Assembly: GCF_009834535.1 (NCBI RefSeq)
Contig: NC_045697.1
Location: 111,106,001-111,170,000 of the forward strand
Length of the DNA: 64,000 nucleotides
Direction of reading: 5' to 3'
Source: Camelus ferus
Taxonomy: Eukaryota
Position 1 is the first letter of the stretch; each line of letters opens with the position of its first letter. The notes beneath the pieces are model-generated. The model did not search any database. It had not been told where the DNA came from and saw nothing but the letters and a program-made list of their open reading frames with translations. Shown piece after piece: positions 63,069 through 64,000 of the stretch. A program made the position numbers and the translations under genes.

Positions 63069-63128
63069 GGACACCAGAAATTAACACATTGTAGCTGACT
63101 ATACTTCAATTAAAAAAATAATTTAAAA
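63069..63128 (+). mobile_element. Extremely 5'-truncated young L1 3' tip (~60 bp)
   Basis: acaccagaaattaacacattgtagctgactatacttcaattaaaaaa; flanks aaaatatcaatga (63056-63068) and aaaataccagtga (63129-63141), 11/13 match. Confidence 0.75.
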
Positions 63129-64000
63129 AAAATACCAGTGACCTCATTACCACATTTGTAAAGATTTTGACAGGATGCTAAAGAGACAGTGTCTACAAAG
63201 GTTTTTCTTTCAAGTTGGTGTCATTCTTCTGGCAAAAGAAAAAATTCAGTTAGACAGTTTGTAGAATGCAAATTCCATGAGGGGTTTTTTTTTTTTACCC
63301 TTAAAAACAATAAATTGAATATAATTATTTCAAAGAAACTTCTCATTTAGTGAAAAAGAGATTTTTTTTCAGTCACTTGATATCGTGGAATCAATTGTGT
63401 CAAAACCAAACTTATGAAATATGTGACAGAAGATATTCACCAAGGTGTGTGGACACTCGGTTTACAGTTTTTCCTTTCATGTTAAAACTGAAAGACCTTC
63501 CTGGTGGGTACAGCCCTGTCCCTCACCCACCAGTGAGGGAGCCGGGCAGGAAGGAGGCGAGCTGGGCCTGGGGACCCTCTGCTGCTCCGACCACCACCCA
63601 GAGGGCACGGCCCCCAGTTGCTCAGGGCGCCATGGGCAGAGCCCTGGTTCCAAGGACTGATCCTGTGGCAGTGAACAGGATTTCCTCTGCGTGTCTACAC
63701 GGTCCCAGTCTCCAGGCTTCTTATGTCGAAAGGTCTCAGTAGAACCGTTGGCTCTCCTCGGATTTCTAAGGCTGGGCCTCTTTTACAGTTTTGTTTGGCC
63801 AGTGTAGTTTCCCTCTCTCCTACATTTGTCTGCAGTGACAGATGGAAGTGTTAGGTAGTTAGGTATGTGGGGACATCAGGCAGATAAGGTGGAGGAATGG
63901 AGGACGGTCTGGAAGATTGTGGTATGTCGGCCTTCAGCATAAAGGGGCTTTACCGCCTCTAAATGAGAGCCAGCAAGAAACTGGTTAAAACCCGACAGCT

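Noticed and set aside
63350..63742. 130-aa ORF near the window end
   Set aside because: Begins at a GTG, low-information composition, no recognisable domain; likely chance in a GC-richer patch

Overview
This is mammalian non-coding genomic DNA (intergenic or deep intronic), AT-rich, with about half or more derived from transposons. Many young LINE-1 3' ends of the type ...tatgtatgttcatgtatgactgaa...gctgtacaccagaaattgacacaacattgtaaactgactatac... are present, and I recognised no Alu, B1/B2, Bov-tA, PRE1, ERE or SINEC elements. Together these point to a camelid (camel/alpaca/llama); this is inferred from recalled repeat sequence, not from a search. I recognise no protein-coding gene or RNA gene. 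The ORF-track entries are broken L1 ORF2, Tigger1 transposase or ERVL fragments, or chance ORFs. Main content: (1) a stack of nested elements at 1-8000 (L1, young L1 tail, Tigger1, ancient L1ME); (2) an internally deleted two-LTR ERVL provirus inside an L2 (23792-27277); (3) a near-full-length old minus-strand L1 with an 11-bp target-site duplication (TSD) and ~145-bp 5'UTR monomers (38811-45461); (4) many L2, MIR, MLT1 and MER33 relics; (5) a small CpG-rich island with CTCF and ETS motifs (about 18.5-19.2 kb). The most notable observations are retrotransposition footprints readable directly from sequence: a probable L1 3' transduction (55323-55723); a chimeric L1 whose swapped 3' tail recurs as two further, mutually inverted short copies (53716-54154, 11998-12120, 12538-12653); two neighbouring twin-priming inversions; a hierarchical perfect 76-bp tandem duplication; and a degenerate TTAGGG-like array. 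I do not see evidence for a genuinely new multi-gene biological system. All subfamily names are from memory of consensus sequences and need RepeatMasker/Dfam confirmation.
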